DNA from: Octopus bimaculoides
Lineage: Eukaryota
NCBI RefSeq assembly: GCF_001194135.2
Contig: NC_068994.1
Span: 2,601,143-2,665,142, forward strand
DNA length: 64,000 bases
Reading direction: 5' to 3'
Numbering within the stretch: the first letter of the stretch is position 1; every line of letters starts with the position of its first letter. Below are positions 50,084 to 63,629 of the stretch, piece after piece. The notes below the pieces were generated by a model. The model worked only from the letters and a program-made list of their open reading frames with translations. It was not told the origin of the DNA and searched no databases. The position numbers were made by a program, and so were the translations under genes.

Positions 50084-51132
50084 ACACACAAACACACCCA
50101 CATATTCTTCTGTACAACTGGTGTGCACCATCTACTGTTGACTCTCCTGAGTTCCTCCAACCTTTGATGGGTTTTGTTTTTCAACCTGCAGGATATCTAG
50201 AAATCCTCCTCCTCATGAAGCAAGCTTGGTGGGGTTGCTGGTTTAGTTGCTGATGATCTGGCTGTGCAACACGTTGTACTGGGTCATATGCTACCAGAAG
50301 CATGAGAGTAATCTGACATACATGCACACATACATACATTTGTATGCATGTAAATATGTATGTATGTATAAATATCTATCTGTCTGTATGTTATTTTTAT
50401 GTAGGCTCATGTATCATAAACCCACAGAATACATGTTCAGCATGTATATGGTAACCTATTAAGAATAAATTTACAAAATTAATTCTCACAAAAAGCTGGT
50501 TGTATTTTAGATGGATATGGTCTCAATAAAGACATAGCACTCAGCAGGTATGAAATCTATCTTCATCGCCACATTACAATATCCCCACTAAAATAAATAT
50601 GCAGATATGAAATGAAAACAGACCTCAGAAATCTACTCATATAAAGAAAATAATTAGAAAACAAAACAACACAAAAGAAACCAATAAAAACAACACCAAC
50701 AGGAAAATAGCCATAAATAATGAATTGTCCATCGAAGGAAAATCAATATATCTGTTTGTTCTGTTGCTCATGAGACACATGTCAGCTAGGTGGGGGAAGG
50801 GGGGAAAGTTCTATGATATAAAACTGTCAAAAACATAAAGTATCCACCTTGATCACATTTCACTGCCATTGATATTATCTTGCAGTTGAGACATAAAATG
50901 GAAGAAATATAAAAATCTTGAATCACACAATAAATAACTACAGTATTGTTAATAGGGCCAGAGTAGTCAATATCAGACAAGCACTTTACAATAGAAGGCT
51001 ATCAGAAAAATAAATGAAAGCAATATGTTTCCTTTCCAGTGCTGGACACAAGAACTAATTAAGCCAGATGAACCACTTGCTCTTTGAGTCAGAACAGAGC
51101 AATTTGCTTCAACATTATTATTATTATCATTT

Positions 51133-52095
51133 GGAAGGCAGTGAGCTGGCAGAATTGTTAGCACATCAGGTGAAGTGCTTAGCAGCATTTCATCTGTCTT
51201 CGTGTTCTGAATCCAAATTCCGCTGAGATCCACTTTGCCTTTCATCCTTTCGAGCTCAATAAATTAAGTACCAGTCAAGTACTGGGGTTGATCTGATTGA
51301 CTCGACCCCTCTCCCCCAAAATTCCAAGCCTTGTGCCTGTATTACAAAAGATTATTATTATCATTTGGCAGAATTATTAAAATATTAAATAAAATAACTA
51401 GTGGAATTTCGTTACAAATCTTTACATTCTGAGTTCAAATTTCACTGACATCGACTTTACCTTTCATCCTTTCGGGGTTGATAAATTAAGTAACAATGAA
51501 ACACTGGGGTTGATGTAATCAACTAGTCTCCTTCCCTAAAATTTCAGGACTCGTGCCTTTAGTAGAAAGGATTATTATTATTTACTTCTCAGAGCTCTCA
51601 ATCTTACTTGCTCTGGTTAATTCTGTGTGAGTACACAGCATTCTGTTGTTAAAGGCCTCACAGGGTCTCTGTCTATGAATTATAAGACTTGGTACTTAAG
51701 AGTTAAGTATTGTGGAAGATACTTCAACACCCAAGCACCAATCTCAAAATCAGTTTTTAGAGCACGCTCTATCCTCATGTGAATTTCAAATTATTATTAT
51801 TATCATTATTATTATTATTGTTGAGGTGGTAAGCTGGTAGGATCATTAGCACGCCGGGCAAAATGCTTAGCAGTATGCCATCTATCTTTACATTCCAAGT
51901 TCAATTTCTACCAAGGTCAACTTTGCCTTTCATCCTTACAAGGTCAATAAAAGTAAGTACCAGTTGAGCACTGGGGTCGATGTAACTGACTTGCACCCTC
52001 CCAGAAACTGCTGGCCTTGTGCCAAAATCTGAAACCGTTATTATTATTTCTATTAAAGCAGCAAGCTGGCAGAATCATCTGCATGCCAGACACAA
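51133..52095 (+). mobile_element. Cluster of four same-orientation family B SINEs
   Basis: Copies at 51133-51360, 51365-51580, 51823-52050 and a 5' stub at 52058-52095; A-box-like 'tggcagaattgttag', B-box-like 'gagttcaaatt' and (ATT)n tails. Confidence 0.88.
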
Positions 52096-53379
52096 AGTGT
52101 GTGTGTAAGCAAATATTCAAAGTGCATGTAAACATATACATCTCATCATCTTTGTTGTATGTCTGTTTTCCATGCTGGTATGGGTTGGACAGATCACCAT
52201 GTTCAGAATCAGTACATATTCAGAAGTACTGCTATATTCAAAATCATGTGATAATGTTAAGTAAACAGTTGATTTACCTCATTCCGCACCTGTTCTTTTT
52301 TATCTCACACAACATACTCACACACACACACACAACACACATACACACACACACAACACACACACACATACACACAATGCCTGCACATAATCTTGTATCA
52401 AAATTTTTCCAGTTATAAGTTTCATATCCAGTAGGATTTAGTTTTCGAGTTTTACCAGTTCAAACTTGCCACTTAACAGAGATTGGACCAGTAAATTCAT
52501 ACAGCAGTTGAAAAAGGAGTGTCTCAGTCCCCATACACACACACATTCCAAATACACTATCAGCTTATATCCGTGCAAGGTATTTATGATCCTACAGACA
52601 AGTTGTCAGGATAATCTTAAGAGATAGAGCAAAGTAGAGAAGGAAAACATAAATCTTTCATCAATATAAGGATCAATAAACAACTTCACGTAAAGTGACA
52701 AATCTCATACATTCTGAGTGTTATGGAGAGCAACTTAGATAGAGTAAGCAGGGATCCTGAAGGCCTTGGCCATTTACACCATTACTTACCAAACCCCAAG
52801 TTTCAAAGTCATTCCTCAAACTGCCAACATTTGTACCTGAATTATTGTCATAGTTGGATTAACGATCTGAAAATACTGCATTCTGTTATTGGTGAGAAAC
52901 TATGGATTTTAGTTATTTAGGATGTTCTTTCACACATCTCATATCTGATATTGTTATTGTGATGCTATAGATATTGCTACTGAAGTTGTGGATGAATGTT
53001 GCTGGAGTTGTTATTGTGATTGCTTTTGTTTTAATACAGCTTCAACTTATGTTTATCTTCTCTGTTGTTACATTTCGTTGAACATGTTATGCAATCTTTC
53101 TAAGCTTTTGCTAGATTTACTTTTTACTGTGAACAATAGAATACTTTTCCTCACTCTATTCCATCTACCACCCACTCTGTTTGCGTGTATGTGCATGCAA
53201 ATGTGTGGTGCAGCTGAATTCGGTAAAATATTCCATTGCATTGCTTGTATGAATATCGATATCAATAGTGTGAAATATTTTTTCGTACTTTTATGTTGAA
53301 CATTTATGTTTGATAATATTAACGAGAATTGTTTGAAAATTGTTGTTATCATTCTCATCATCATCAGCAGCAGCATTGA

Positions 53380-53620
53380 TAGTTTCTATGAGATAAAGCA
53401 TTTGTTATTGACATAGATGCAATTGTACTTGTTAGTGGATTTTCTGTATGAGAAGGTGATGTATTTCTTATCTCTAGCTTGGATATTGATGTCTAATAAA
53501 GGTATTTTTCTATTGATGCCAGTGTAGATTAGAACTTTCAGACCTTTCTTTATATATATTTTTGTTAGCAACCAGATATTTTGATTGACGATATATCTTT
53601 AGTAATGGGTGCCATTATTG
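53380..53620 (-). mobile_element. Probable Penelope-like element RT remnant
   Basis: KIPLLDINIQARDKKYITFSYRKSTN resembles the PLE RT C-terminal motif LPFLDxxI...TxxYRKxT. Flanking sequence to ~52900 may belong to the same element but is unreadable. Confidence 0.5.
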
Positions 53621-54316
53621 TTGGGGCTGAAAGAATAGATTAGTTGTGCCAGTGCTATTTATTTACCACTCTTCCTCAATCTGTCTTCTTCATAAATGTG
53701 TGTGTGTGTGTGTGTGTACAGAGAGGGGAGAGAGAGACAAACAAAGAAAGATTACTATTTTTTGCCCATCCATTAGGCAGGAATAAAAAAAAAAATTGTA
53801 ATCCTAGTGCTGAAAACATTGGGAATATCATTAAGAACTAATCTGCTGTAAATTAAATCTTTACTAGTAGCATTGCCAAGGTTCACTCTTAAAATATCAA
53901 TCCTTTTTGATTTTAAAGAATATAATAAAAGGGTTGGCATCTGATCATTGCGACTGATTTATGTAGTTTGCATAAGTGCAAAAACTTGGTACAGACTTAG
54001 AACTGAAAATCACTGGGTGAAGAAATTATTTATTTATTTATTATAGACAATACATTGCTGTATCTTATTGAGTAATCACCCGATGCCAATGCTTATAGCC
54101 ACTTCTAACAGCAAGCAAACATTATGGTGTAACTATTCTAAAAGCTGTGCTCCTATTCTAAAAACCAAGATACACATTTTATTATTGTGCAAACTGGATT
54201 ACAAATAAACCCAGACATATATATTAAAATAAATAAGTGTTATATGCTTGGAACTGATTAGCATATCATTATTATCATTATTATTATTATTATTATTATC
54301 ATTATTATTATTATTA

Positions 54317-54876
54317 CTCGGTGAAAGAGCAGAGCATGCCATCAAAGTTACCCTGGAATAAAATATATGAAGCCCAATATATCCATCATGACTGCCTGTC
54401 TGATAAGGATACATCAGGTACATGCATCACAACCATATGCATGTGACATGATGATCTCATATCAAGGTAAATAGTGCATTACCTTGCAGGTGGGGGCCCA
54501 GTTGGAATTTTCTTCAGGTTGAGTAGCCCAGCTCACTCAAAAGGTCCCTGAACAAGGGTTGTTTAAGGATGTTGAATGAAACATCCATGTTTCCAGAGGT
54601 GAATTATCTAAACCCCAAAGAATTCCTCTCAACACATGGGTATGATGCTCCCCCACTACTTCTGCCCGTGATCAGAGATGCACATATTGTCAGTCACCAA
54701 AGGACATGCTCAACTGGTTAAGGTCAAACAATTGACAAGCAAATCTGTGGTATTGAGCAGAATATTTACTGTAGCCCATCTTTTTATACCAAGACAAAAC
54801 AATGTACATGATAAAACTTCTGATCAGTTAAGATCTGAAGTCATGAGACTCACTGCCTGGTACTGCATCAGGGCAT
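54317..54876 (-). mobile_element. 560-bp non-coding element inserted in a (TTA)n tract
   Basis: Sharp boundaries with (TTA)n on both sides, higher GC than the flanks, no ORF and no terminal inverted repeats. Orientation inferred from the longer (AAT)n tail on the - strand. Confidence 0.6.
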
Positions 54877-54914
54877 TTATTATTATTATCTATTTATTTA
54901 TTTATTATTATCGT

Positions 54915-55045
54915 TATTATTTTTCTGCTGAGGTTGACTTTGCCTTTCATCCTTTGGGATTGATGAAATAAGCACCAGTTGAGCATTGGGGGTGGGGATC
55001 GATGTAATCAAGTTGGCCCTTCTCATAAAATTTCAGGTCTTGTGC
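54915..55045 (+). mobile_element. SINE family B, 5'-truncated
   Basis: 'gaggttgactttgcctttcatcctttgggattgatgaaataagcaccag...aaatttcaggtcttgtgcc...gaaaggattatt'. Confidence 0.8.
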
Positions 55046-55179
55046 CAAAGTAGAAAGGATTATTAACAAATTATTAACCAACACTGCAAAATAATAAAGA
55101 GTATTTCCTAAAAGTGTATCAATATTTCTTTGTCAGGCATGCTTATGGTGAGAAAACTATTTTGAATGAATACAAGTTT

Positions 55180-55310
55180 TCACAAGTTTCTGTCAACTAA
55201 ATTTCATACACAAGACAATGGTTAACACTAGGCTTCAGTAGAAAGAAACTTGCCCAAGATTTGTGCAGTGGAGTCAAACCTGGAATGATTGGTTTGTGAA
55301 GTGAACCTCA
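55180..55310 (-). mobile_element. SINE family A copy (degenerate)
   Basis: 'cttgcccaagatttgtgcagtggagtcaaacc' is the reverse complement of the CORE-like block and B-box region. Confidence 0.65.
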
Positions 55311-57372
55311 GCAATACTTGCATCTATGAGTCTGAAAATTTATGATTTTCTTAGTGATAGTCTTTGCAGGAGGCTGAGAACTAATAGCAGGAAATATTCG
55401 GTAAAAGAGAGAAGTAAAAGTGAAATAGTAAGTGCAAAATAATTGAACAAGTTAAATATGTTGATAATTTAAGCTGAGAGAAATTAAAGTGGCAGAATTG
55501 ATTGTGGATAGGACAGAAGAGTCAATCAAGCAGAATCATCTTATTCAGTGAGGGAAAACAAATATAAAATATCACTGATAAACGTATTGTTACATGATAT
55601 AGTATAATGGGAATTGTCTAACATTTTTCCTGTCAGAATATTTCAACATCTTACAATACAACACATTTATTATGCCATAGTATACTGTCTAGCAATAATC
55701 ATTTTTGTAACTGGATACAGTGGAACTTCTGTCTAGTATAGAACAACAGCTTATATTCCCACTATAACCTTGTTAATCAATGTGACACCTCATCTCCTAA
55801 ATTTGCTTCAAGGAAGTTCACATTATCAACAGAATGTTTGACATCTGATGCTTTGGTTTTAAATGAATTATATATTATTTTTTTTTTTTTTTTGTTAAAG
55901 CCAAACAGAAATTAATTGGAAACAAATTGCTTGAAATAATTCTTTCAACTTGCTAACATTACCAATCTGAAAGTGAAATAAAGGTAGCAATAAAATGTGT
56001 CTAGTAACATAATTGAAACTATTCACAAGTGGAAGATAGATAAACAGTTCTTTAATTCAGATTAAACTTAATGTTTCAATGCCACTTATTACATTGCTTG
56101 TTATTGATACAATTTCTACTTAATAGATATACAGCTTTCATGAAAAAGTTTTTTTTTTAAATGTCTTTTCCATGGTTACATGTACACACACACACCAACA
56201 AATATGTTTACATACATCAACAGATACGTACATACTCACACACCAACAAATACATATACATGCATGGCCACCAAGAAATAGATACATACACACATGCATA
56301 CAAACAAACATACACATAAATACATATACACATGTACGCACACAGTTACATAAGTAATAATAATGAAATAGTTGCTATCAGAATAACAGTTATGAACTAG
56401 ACTTCTTTGAAATCCTTACTGAAAAAAAAAAAATTAATATGAAAGAATATGCTAATAGAGCCTCTAGACTAAAGAACTAAAGATATTTAAAAATGAAAGC
56501 AATTTGTTTAATTTATAAACAACAATATGTCATATTGCAACAAACAACAATGACAGGTGGAGCAATCACATTAATACTAAACATACTAAAATGGATTTTG
56601 AAAAACTTGAAAGGCCCACATTTATTAATAAATTTTTTTTAAAATAAAAGAATCTATAATGTGCCAAGATGTTCTTTGGAAAATAAAACCTTTTTAGACT
56701 ATAACAAATTTCACTTAAGGATATAGTAATGCTTTTGACTACTGGAAAGAATAAAAGTTTGAAGTAAAAATAAAATAAAATAAAAATATATGAAGAAAGA
56801 AATAAGAACCAATAATGGTAGAAAGTGATAATTTAACGAGTTCTTGGACAGGCCTATTAGTAAGTGAACATTAAACATAAAATGTTTACAACCAAATTAT
56901 CATTATAGAGATACTTGGGATATTGATTGATCCAAGTTGTAATTTTGGGAGTCAACACCAGTAAATTTGAGAAGTGTATAGGAGAGAAATAATATTAACT
57001 CTAAATGCATGAATAGTAAACTATAAAAAGATAAGTAGTATTGTTAAATGAATAGAATGACAAAGTTTTAAAAAGGACAAGTTACAAAATTATCATCACA
57101 ATGAAATTGCATAATATGAAAGTAATCCAGTTGTTTTTAAAGTCCTGGTTAAACAAACGTATGATTAAAGACGTTTCAACTGGAGCAGTCCATTTTTTTG
57201 GGGTTTGTCAGCTCCATTGTTCCTTGGACTAAATAATCCAATACATATTCAGTTTCAGTTAGTACTAAATATGGCAATTACCACTACTACCTACTACTAC
57301 TACCATCCATAACAATTTCTACATTATGTGCTGCATCATAAAATCAGATGGTTAACAACACCTGGCTTCAGT

Positions 57373-57710
57373 GTGGACCATTATTACCTCTTAAAGCACT
57401 CAGTTTCAGTCCTGCTCTCAGAGGCTACAGCAGTCCACTTTCTGGTGCTATCTGCTCAGTGATCAGATTAAATGGTTATCTATCAGAACTATTTTGAATC
57501 ACATGTTCAGACTGTTATGATTGTTCTCTGTCATCTCTTCAATATGCATTGACTCTCAAGCCACTGCTGCAGAAATTGGAGGTGTTGAACTGGGATACAA
57601 TATATGGACAATATTGTAATGGTGTTGGATGACACAAAAGGAATCAACATCATTCTAAAGCAATTCCAGTTGGTGACAGGAGCAAAGATTGTTTTTGAGC
57701 AAGGGACACA
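57373..57710 (+). mobile_element. Tx1/L1-like LINE reverse transcriptase fragment (degenerate)
   Basis: VDHYYL / LKALSFSPALRG...ICSVIRLNGYLSELF*IT...LSSLQYALTLKPLLQKLE / YMDNIVMVL...ILKQFQLVTGAKI, collinear with the RT motifs VDH, VNGxLSxxF, LSPLLYxLxLEPLL, YADD and SGAKIN. Confidence 0.7.
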
Positions 57711-57799
57711 TTCCACTGCCCAAGCTGCCCAACTGTGCCAAAAACTTCAGTGCAGAGGGACCAAAATGCCCGATTGAAGATGCTCAAATTTGTTCAGTG

Positions 57800-57875
57800 T
57801 ATATCTTCTACTATAGCTCTTGGCTGACCAAAGCCCTGTGAGTGAATTTGGTAGATGGAAACTGAAAGAAGCCTG

Positions 57876-57927
<52 letters not shown>

Positions 57928-58130
57928 GTGTGTGTGCATATGAATGTATGTATGTGTGTGCATTTTGTGTGTGTATGTGTGTGTGTTACTGCTTCCTTAC
58001 CTTGACATTGCTTGATAATTGTGACAGGTAGAGCATCCAGCCACAGAAAATCTGCTTCAACAAATTTTGTCCAACCCATGCAAGCATAGAAAAGTGGGCA
58101 TTAAAGCAATGATGATGATGACGATGATGA
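57800..58130 (+). mobile_element. SINE family A 3' part, microsatellite, then the RTE-type LINE 3' tail
   Basis: 'cttctactatagc...gaccaaagccctgtgagtgaatttggtagatggaaactgaaagaagcc', then (TA)n/(GT)n, then 'catccagcc...ccaacccatgcaagcatagaaaag' and (GAT)n. Confidence 0.7.
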
Positions 58131-61100
58131 TAGAATTATGAGAGCTACATTGCAAGGATAAAGTTCCATCCATCTTAACAATTATGCAATCATTTATAAG
58201 GAATATTACACCAAGGTTATCCTCAAATAGATCAATACATTTGATGAAGTAATATATACTGAAAAAACGTAAATCTAAGAGTGGGATGAAACATGCAAAA
58301 TGGATAAGAGTTACAGTTACAGGTAATGAAATGGAACAAATCCATTTTGAACTGAATACCACATTTCAATAACAGAAAGCAGATCAGTATCTATCACATT
58401 TGTATATCTTCCCAGGGCTAAATACTTGAAAATAGATTTATTGTTGTAGTTAAAGAAGTAGCATGAATTTACTATGCACTGCAGTTTCATTAGCATTTAA
58501 ATTAATATATTATCAAAAAGAAAAAAAACTTACATTATAAAAGCACGTATATTATTCATGATACATGTTAGAGGCAGAAAATAGCAAGTTACTACATAAT
58601 CCTATAAACAAAATAAGAGCAAGGAAACAAACCATATATGGGCTAGCTTTCTAGTCTCTTAGACACTATGTAATAAATTAACTGACAAGTTAAACAAATG
58701 GACATTCTTAATAATGTTATATTGAGGTTGTTCAAAAATGACTAGCATGATAAAATGAGTAGAGCTAAGAATTTTTCTCAAAATCCATTAGGATAATAAT
58801 AATTTATGTAATTGGTAATCAGGTAGACTATGTAACATCATGTTATAACAATTATAGAAATTCTTCATTGCAGCATTCTGATAATAGTCAAAGGAAGCAA
58901 TGTATAATTTGAACCTGATGTCTTCCTTATGTGTCTGTCTGTGTGCATATATGGTTAATGATCTATGGACTCATTATATCTAACTGGAGAATGGGTAATA
59001 ATCTGACTATTGTTAGAAAAGGTATCACATGGTCAAGCATTGGATTGAGGTTTCTTCTTACTCAAGCTAGCTGAGACAAACATACAAAAATGATAAATGG
59101 AATCTTCATTACGCGTGTGCATGTGTGTGTGCATGTTTCTGAGAACACTTTTTCAAATATTTAAGCAACAATATATTTGGAAAATTATTTCATCTGTTTT
59201 TTTTTTTGTGTGTGCACTGTCTAGTGGTAGTTGACTGTTCACTCAGCTTTGCATCAATGGAGAGAAGATAAAACTTAATGAAAAGGAATTCAAGCATAAA
59301 TATATATATTATAACTTAGGTTGAAGCAATGTACATATAAAGATAAAAATTGATTGAATCATTGACTTGAATTAATATCATCATATCCAAAAGGGTAGAG
59401 GAGGGGGACATTTTATTCTTATTGTGTAGTAAGCCTTATTGATAGAACTATTATCATTATATTGGAGTAAAACTAAAACTCCTATCACCTTCATGAAGTT
59501 CATAGAATCAAACTTGGGTTAAACCAGAAGAAAATAATAATGATGATGATAATTTTCTAGAAAAACACAAAATTATAAGAAAAAAATATGTGATTATGCA
59601 GATGTAATTATGAAATGTATACAAAATATAAATATTTGAAAAAAAAATAATATAAATTGATAAATTGTAAAAGCAAAAGATATACCCAACTCAGAAATGA
59701 TCAGAATATTCCATTCTACTTTCTACTCAACTAATTGCTGTCTTTCTAATTCAGCCAGTAAGCAAAAGTATTGGGTAAATTTATTGATACCATTCTCAGA
59801 GGGCACTTAACTATTTACCCAGTGAAAACAAAAAATATCAAATAACATGAATTTTCTTTTTCTTACACAACACCAAATATTTATAATTATCTACACTCAC
59901 TCGAGTGACAGTTTTCAAGAGTTGAGCCCTTAATGAAGCTTCATAATAACAATCTAGTGTTTTTTTTTGTTTTGTTTTTTTTTTCACGAATGTTTTAAAA
60001 AAAAAACAAACAAACACAATACTAGATTGCTATTGTGATATATAAAATGTGAGCAGAAATGAGAGGAGACTGTTAGACAATCAAAAGATATTGTGAGCTT
60101 GACTGAAATTTAAAATATGAAAAGGAAAACAGAAAATGATATAGCTGTACAAGAACAAGCAGTCCAAACAAATCTTTTAAAGCAAAAATAACAGCAACTG
60201 TTTTGTTATATTTAAGATGTGTGGCAAAATATAAGAATATGACAATAGTTTGGTATGCAAAAAGAACAATTTCCTATCTCCAGAGACTTGTAGAAAAGAC
60301 AATGATAGTAGAAGTAGAAAGCATTTATAGATGTTGCTACAATGTTTGATAGCAAAGTCAAAGCAGGGGAAATAGAAAAAGATTGAAAGTTTGAACTTGG
60401 TTAGAGAACAGAAACACCTAAGAAACCTGAAGAAACTTATCTATATTTTCATGTAAGCAGAGAGAAAAGTTTCAAAATTTGGTAGTTGTCTTTATCTATT
60501 GTCTAGTTTGGCTCTTGGACATCTTTGGTGGAGTCTGCTGTATTGTGAGCATTTAGTGAAGGTCTCTGGCATGAGGATAACTTCCTCCCTTCCTCTCATC
60601 AGTCACAAATGCTGCAGAAAATGTTTGTCCTCTTCTTTGTAAAACTCCTCTTTGAGAGTTGACTTGATTATGCAAACTGTAAAATATGAATCTACTGTTG
60701 TGATTCGATATGAAACTTTGTTACAACAACAGCAACAATGATTTGTTGCAATGATACAAATTTACAGAGGAATAGTCAACTGAATCAATCCACTGTAATT
60801 ACTGATACTTATTTAACTTACTTTAGAATAATGGAAGTTAGCCTCAAAGGTTTTGAGTTCACTATGTAGAGGCAAGAAATAGATGGACTGTAATTGATAT
60901 CAGCTAATGTTGTTAATTAGAAAGCAATTCACATTAATGACACTTTGAAACTATTTAAACTGGTTTGTTAAATGATTGAAAGATAATTATGTGTTTTTTT
61001 TCCATCTAACATATAACTGTATACTGTAAGTTCACAATTTTTTATGCTAATTCTTTTATGACAATATTTCTAATAGAGTACACTATGTGTTTCAATTAAT

Positions 61101-61441
61101 TTTAAAAATCTAGAATTTAAAAGGATTTACAAAATTACTTCATTATTAAGCCAAAGAACAAAGTCATATAAAATAATATCAAGAGTTTTAAATTAAATAT
61201 ACACTCTTTCAAACATTGGGTTTGTATCAAAGAATCAGAAGCAGCCTTAGGCAGAGATTTATATAAAAAATAGCTATTGTTCCATTGAAATACCTTATCT
61301 TTTCATGTCACTATTTCTTTGAACAAAGAAAGAAAACAACTCATATAGAATCTATTTCCTCTCCTCTTTTCATATCCATTAGCAATGGATAGTGAAAGTT
61401 GCTATATAGTGTTTGATAATTGTACATTTTTTTGTCAACAG

Positions 61442-61592
61442 AAGTACAGTCAGCCAATAGTTGTGACATCTAGCGATGACCCTGTTATGATTCCTAACTA
61501 TCTCAGTGATTCATTGGCAACTCTAAGAGACAGTCACCTTACTTTGGATGAGCAGTATAATGGACTTTATGAAGAAATACCTGCAATGTCAG
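61442..61592 (+). CDS. Protocadherin cytoplasmic exon (151 nt, phase 0 to phase 1), predicted next coding exon of the 18500 gene
   Basis: caacag|AAG...TCAG|gtaatt. Reads KYSQPIVVTSSDDPVMIPNYLSDSLATLRDSHLTLDEQYNGLYEEIPAMS; paralogous to 10103-10253 and in frame with the donor at 20881. Confidence 0.85.
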
Positions 61593-61789
61593 GTAATTAG
61601 AAATATTACATTATCTCTTTAGTTTCCCTTCAACCATAACTTACCAATTTATCTTTAGTGTCAGACTTTAGCTGCACCTGTCATTAATTCCCATTGGTTC
61701 AGTTATGATCATTGCTATTAATATTAAATAGATGTGTTTATGCTTAGAAATATTTTCCCATCTTAGTAAATTCTAAGGTTGTAGAAGGA

Positions 61790-61935
61790 AGAATCTGTGC
61801 AGTGCTGGACTGAATGCTTTGTAGTTTAAAGTTTTAGTCTCTTTATGCTGAGGTAACTCCTCATCAGTGCTGACTTTCTCTTTCAGCATTCAAAGGTTGA
61901 TGAAATAAGTACCAGTTAAATACTGAGGTCAATTT
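61790..61935 (+). mobile_element. SINE family B copy (degenerate)
   Basis: 'tgctgactttctctttcagc...ggttgatgaaataagtaccagttaaatactgaggtc' matches the family B body. Confidence 0.6.
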
Positions 61936-62429
61936 AAGAGATTATGACCGTCTGCTAATGTTAGAAACTATTATTTAAGCATTAGATATTAAGCTATTCT
62001 AATTATCAAGTTAATTAATTACTTGTCTATCTATCTATGTGCATATGCATGCATGTGTGTAGGAAGATATCTAGATGAATATGTAGAAAAGATTTCCAAT
62101 ATAGTTTTATACTACTAACCATTCTTTCTTGGCTCTTTGACTTTCAAAATCAATTTTTTTTGTGCAAAATTTAATTCTGACAAGTTTTATAAGTTGCCTT
62201 GAAGCTGTTGGTGAAACATTTCATTGGCAACAGAACATTGTTGCTGCAAGGTGAATTATCTCCATCATAACAAAGTTAGATGTAGAACAACAGAAGACAA
62301 GTAATTCTAAGTGTGTTGCAGCATATAGTAAATTTACATCTTACATTACAAATTTCCTTGTCAAAATGTTAGCAGGAAGATTACTTGGATAAATGTGTTG
62401 TTGAAGTCCCCCCTCCTACACAGACAATC

Positions 62430-62640
62430 CACCAACAAGGAAGCTTCTATGTAGTTTGAGCAGCTAGAAATAGCAGCTAATTTCTCTTCAAACCATGCCC
62501 TACCATCTAGAAAATATTGGGATGTATACATTATAAAATGTAATCCAAGATACACTAATCCTGAGAAAAGATGGTTTCTCCAAGGTTGGAATGCCTTTAA
62601 TCATAAGTCCGCTAACTCAAGCTGAACTGGAGCTAAACAG
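62430..62640 (+). mobile_element. Family D dispersed repeat copy
   Basis: 'gcttctatgtagtttgagcagctagaaatagcagctaatttctc...ggttggaatgcctttaatcat'. Confidence 0.6.
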
Positions 62641-63629
62641 TAACTGATAAACTTATAAGTATTTTCTTTTTCAAATTTGATATTTGCAAATGCCAGAGAT
62701 TTTATTAGATTTTCCACATTATTTTATGAAAAATAAATTAATCAATGAAGCATTAACTTTATTTAGAAGCAGTTTCAGACATTCTTATACTTGTTCTAAT
62801 TGTGACACAGTGTAAGCATCTATCCCTTCTGGCGGGTTTTTTATACGAGATTTTACACTAAATTTTGTTTAAGATTTTGAGTTATGAAAGTTTATCTAGT
62901 TTCATATGATGTGATTTAATTAAGTCAGTGTGGTAGAAAGTTCAATGGAGGAGTATAGATCTAGCCTGCATTAGTAAAGTTGGATTATCATTATCATAAT
63001 CATCATCACCATCAGTCCGTTGTCTAAAACCCCATTTGTGTTATCAAGTGAGCAGCCAGCTTATTGATTTCTACATATAAGCTGTGGAAGACAGGTAAAT
63101 AAGTTTATTCTGTGGAAAAGAAATAGTGATGCAAAAATCAGAGAAAGTTATTGGTATAAAAGTAAATTGGTAACTTCATTGGATGTATGAGTTTTATAAC
63201 GTAGCTGTGCAGTGGACAGCAAACAGTAGTAATATATATTAATCACATAAAAGAGCTGCTGACAGACTGCTTCTATGATCAGATGTCTCTCGTTTAATTC
63301 TTTATCCTAACAAGTATCTCAAAGGCTACAGAAGCACCTAATTTGATTCAAGATCTGAACTCTTTTGTTTCCTTTTACTCTGTGAAGTATTAAAGTACTT
63401 TTCTACTCTAGCATCAACTCTTGTCAATGTTTCATTTGTATTCTTACATTGTCTTACAGTATAATCTTAAGATATTTTTTTGATATACTTTATTTATGAC
63501 TAAGTCATTAATTTATCTAAAATTTATGTCATGGAGTACAAGCTTTAGTAAGCCACTGACAAAAAAAGGTTCTAAGTTTCACAGGGTAATTATTGATTAG
63601 GTCTGTCAACAAGGGCTTCAAATAGATTA

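Larger units (their letters stand above)
20882..61441 (+). other. Predicted ~40.6 kb intron of the protocadherin gene
   Basis: GTAAGT donor (phase 0) and 'ttttttgtcaacag' acceptor before a phase 0 exon. No other cadherin-coding sequence was recognised in between, but 754 N bases and small unrecognised exons cannot be excluded. Confidence 0.72.

Noticed and set aside
49910-52095. tRNA genes suggested by A/B-box-like motifs
   Set aside because: They are SINE heads with no complete cloverleaf and are followed by SINE bodies and simple-repeat tails.
61383-61441. Upstream acceptor at 61382, or the ORF-track start MDSESC at 61385
   Set aside because: The paralog comparison fixes the exon start at 61442; the upstream acceptor in phase 0 hits a stop within nine codons.
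61666-61688. DFSCTCH* as a tiny terminal exon shortly after the 61592 donor
   Set aside because: Weak acceptor and negligible similarity to the paralog's terminal exon.
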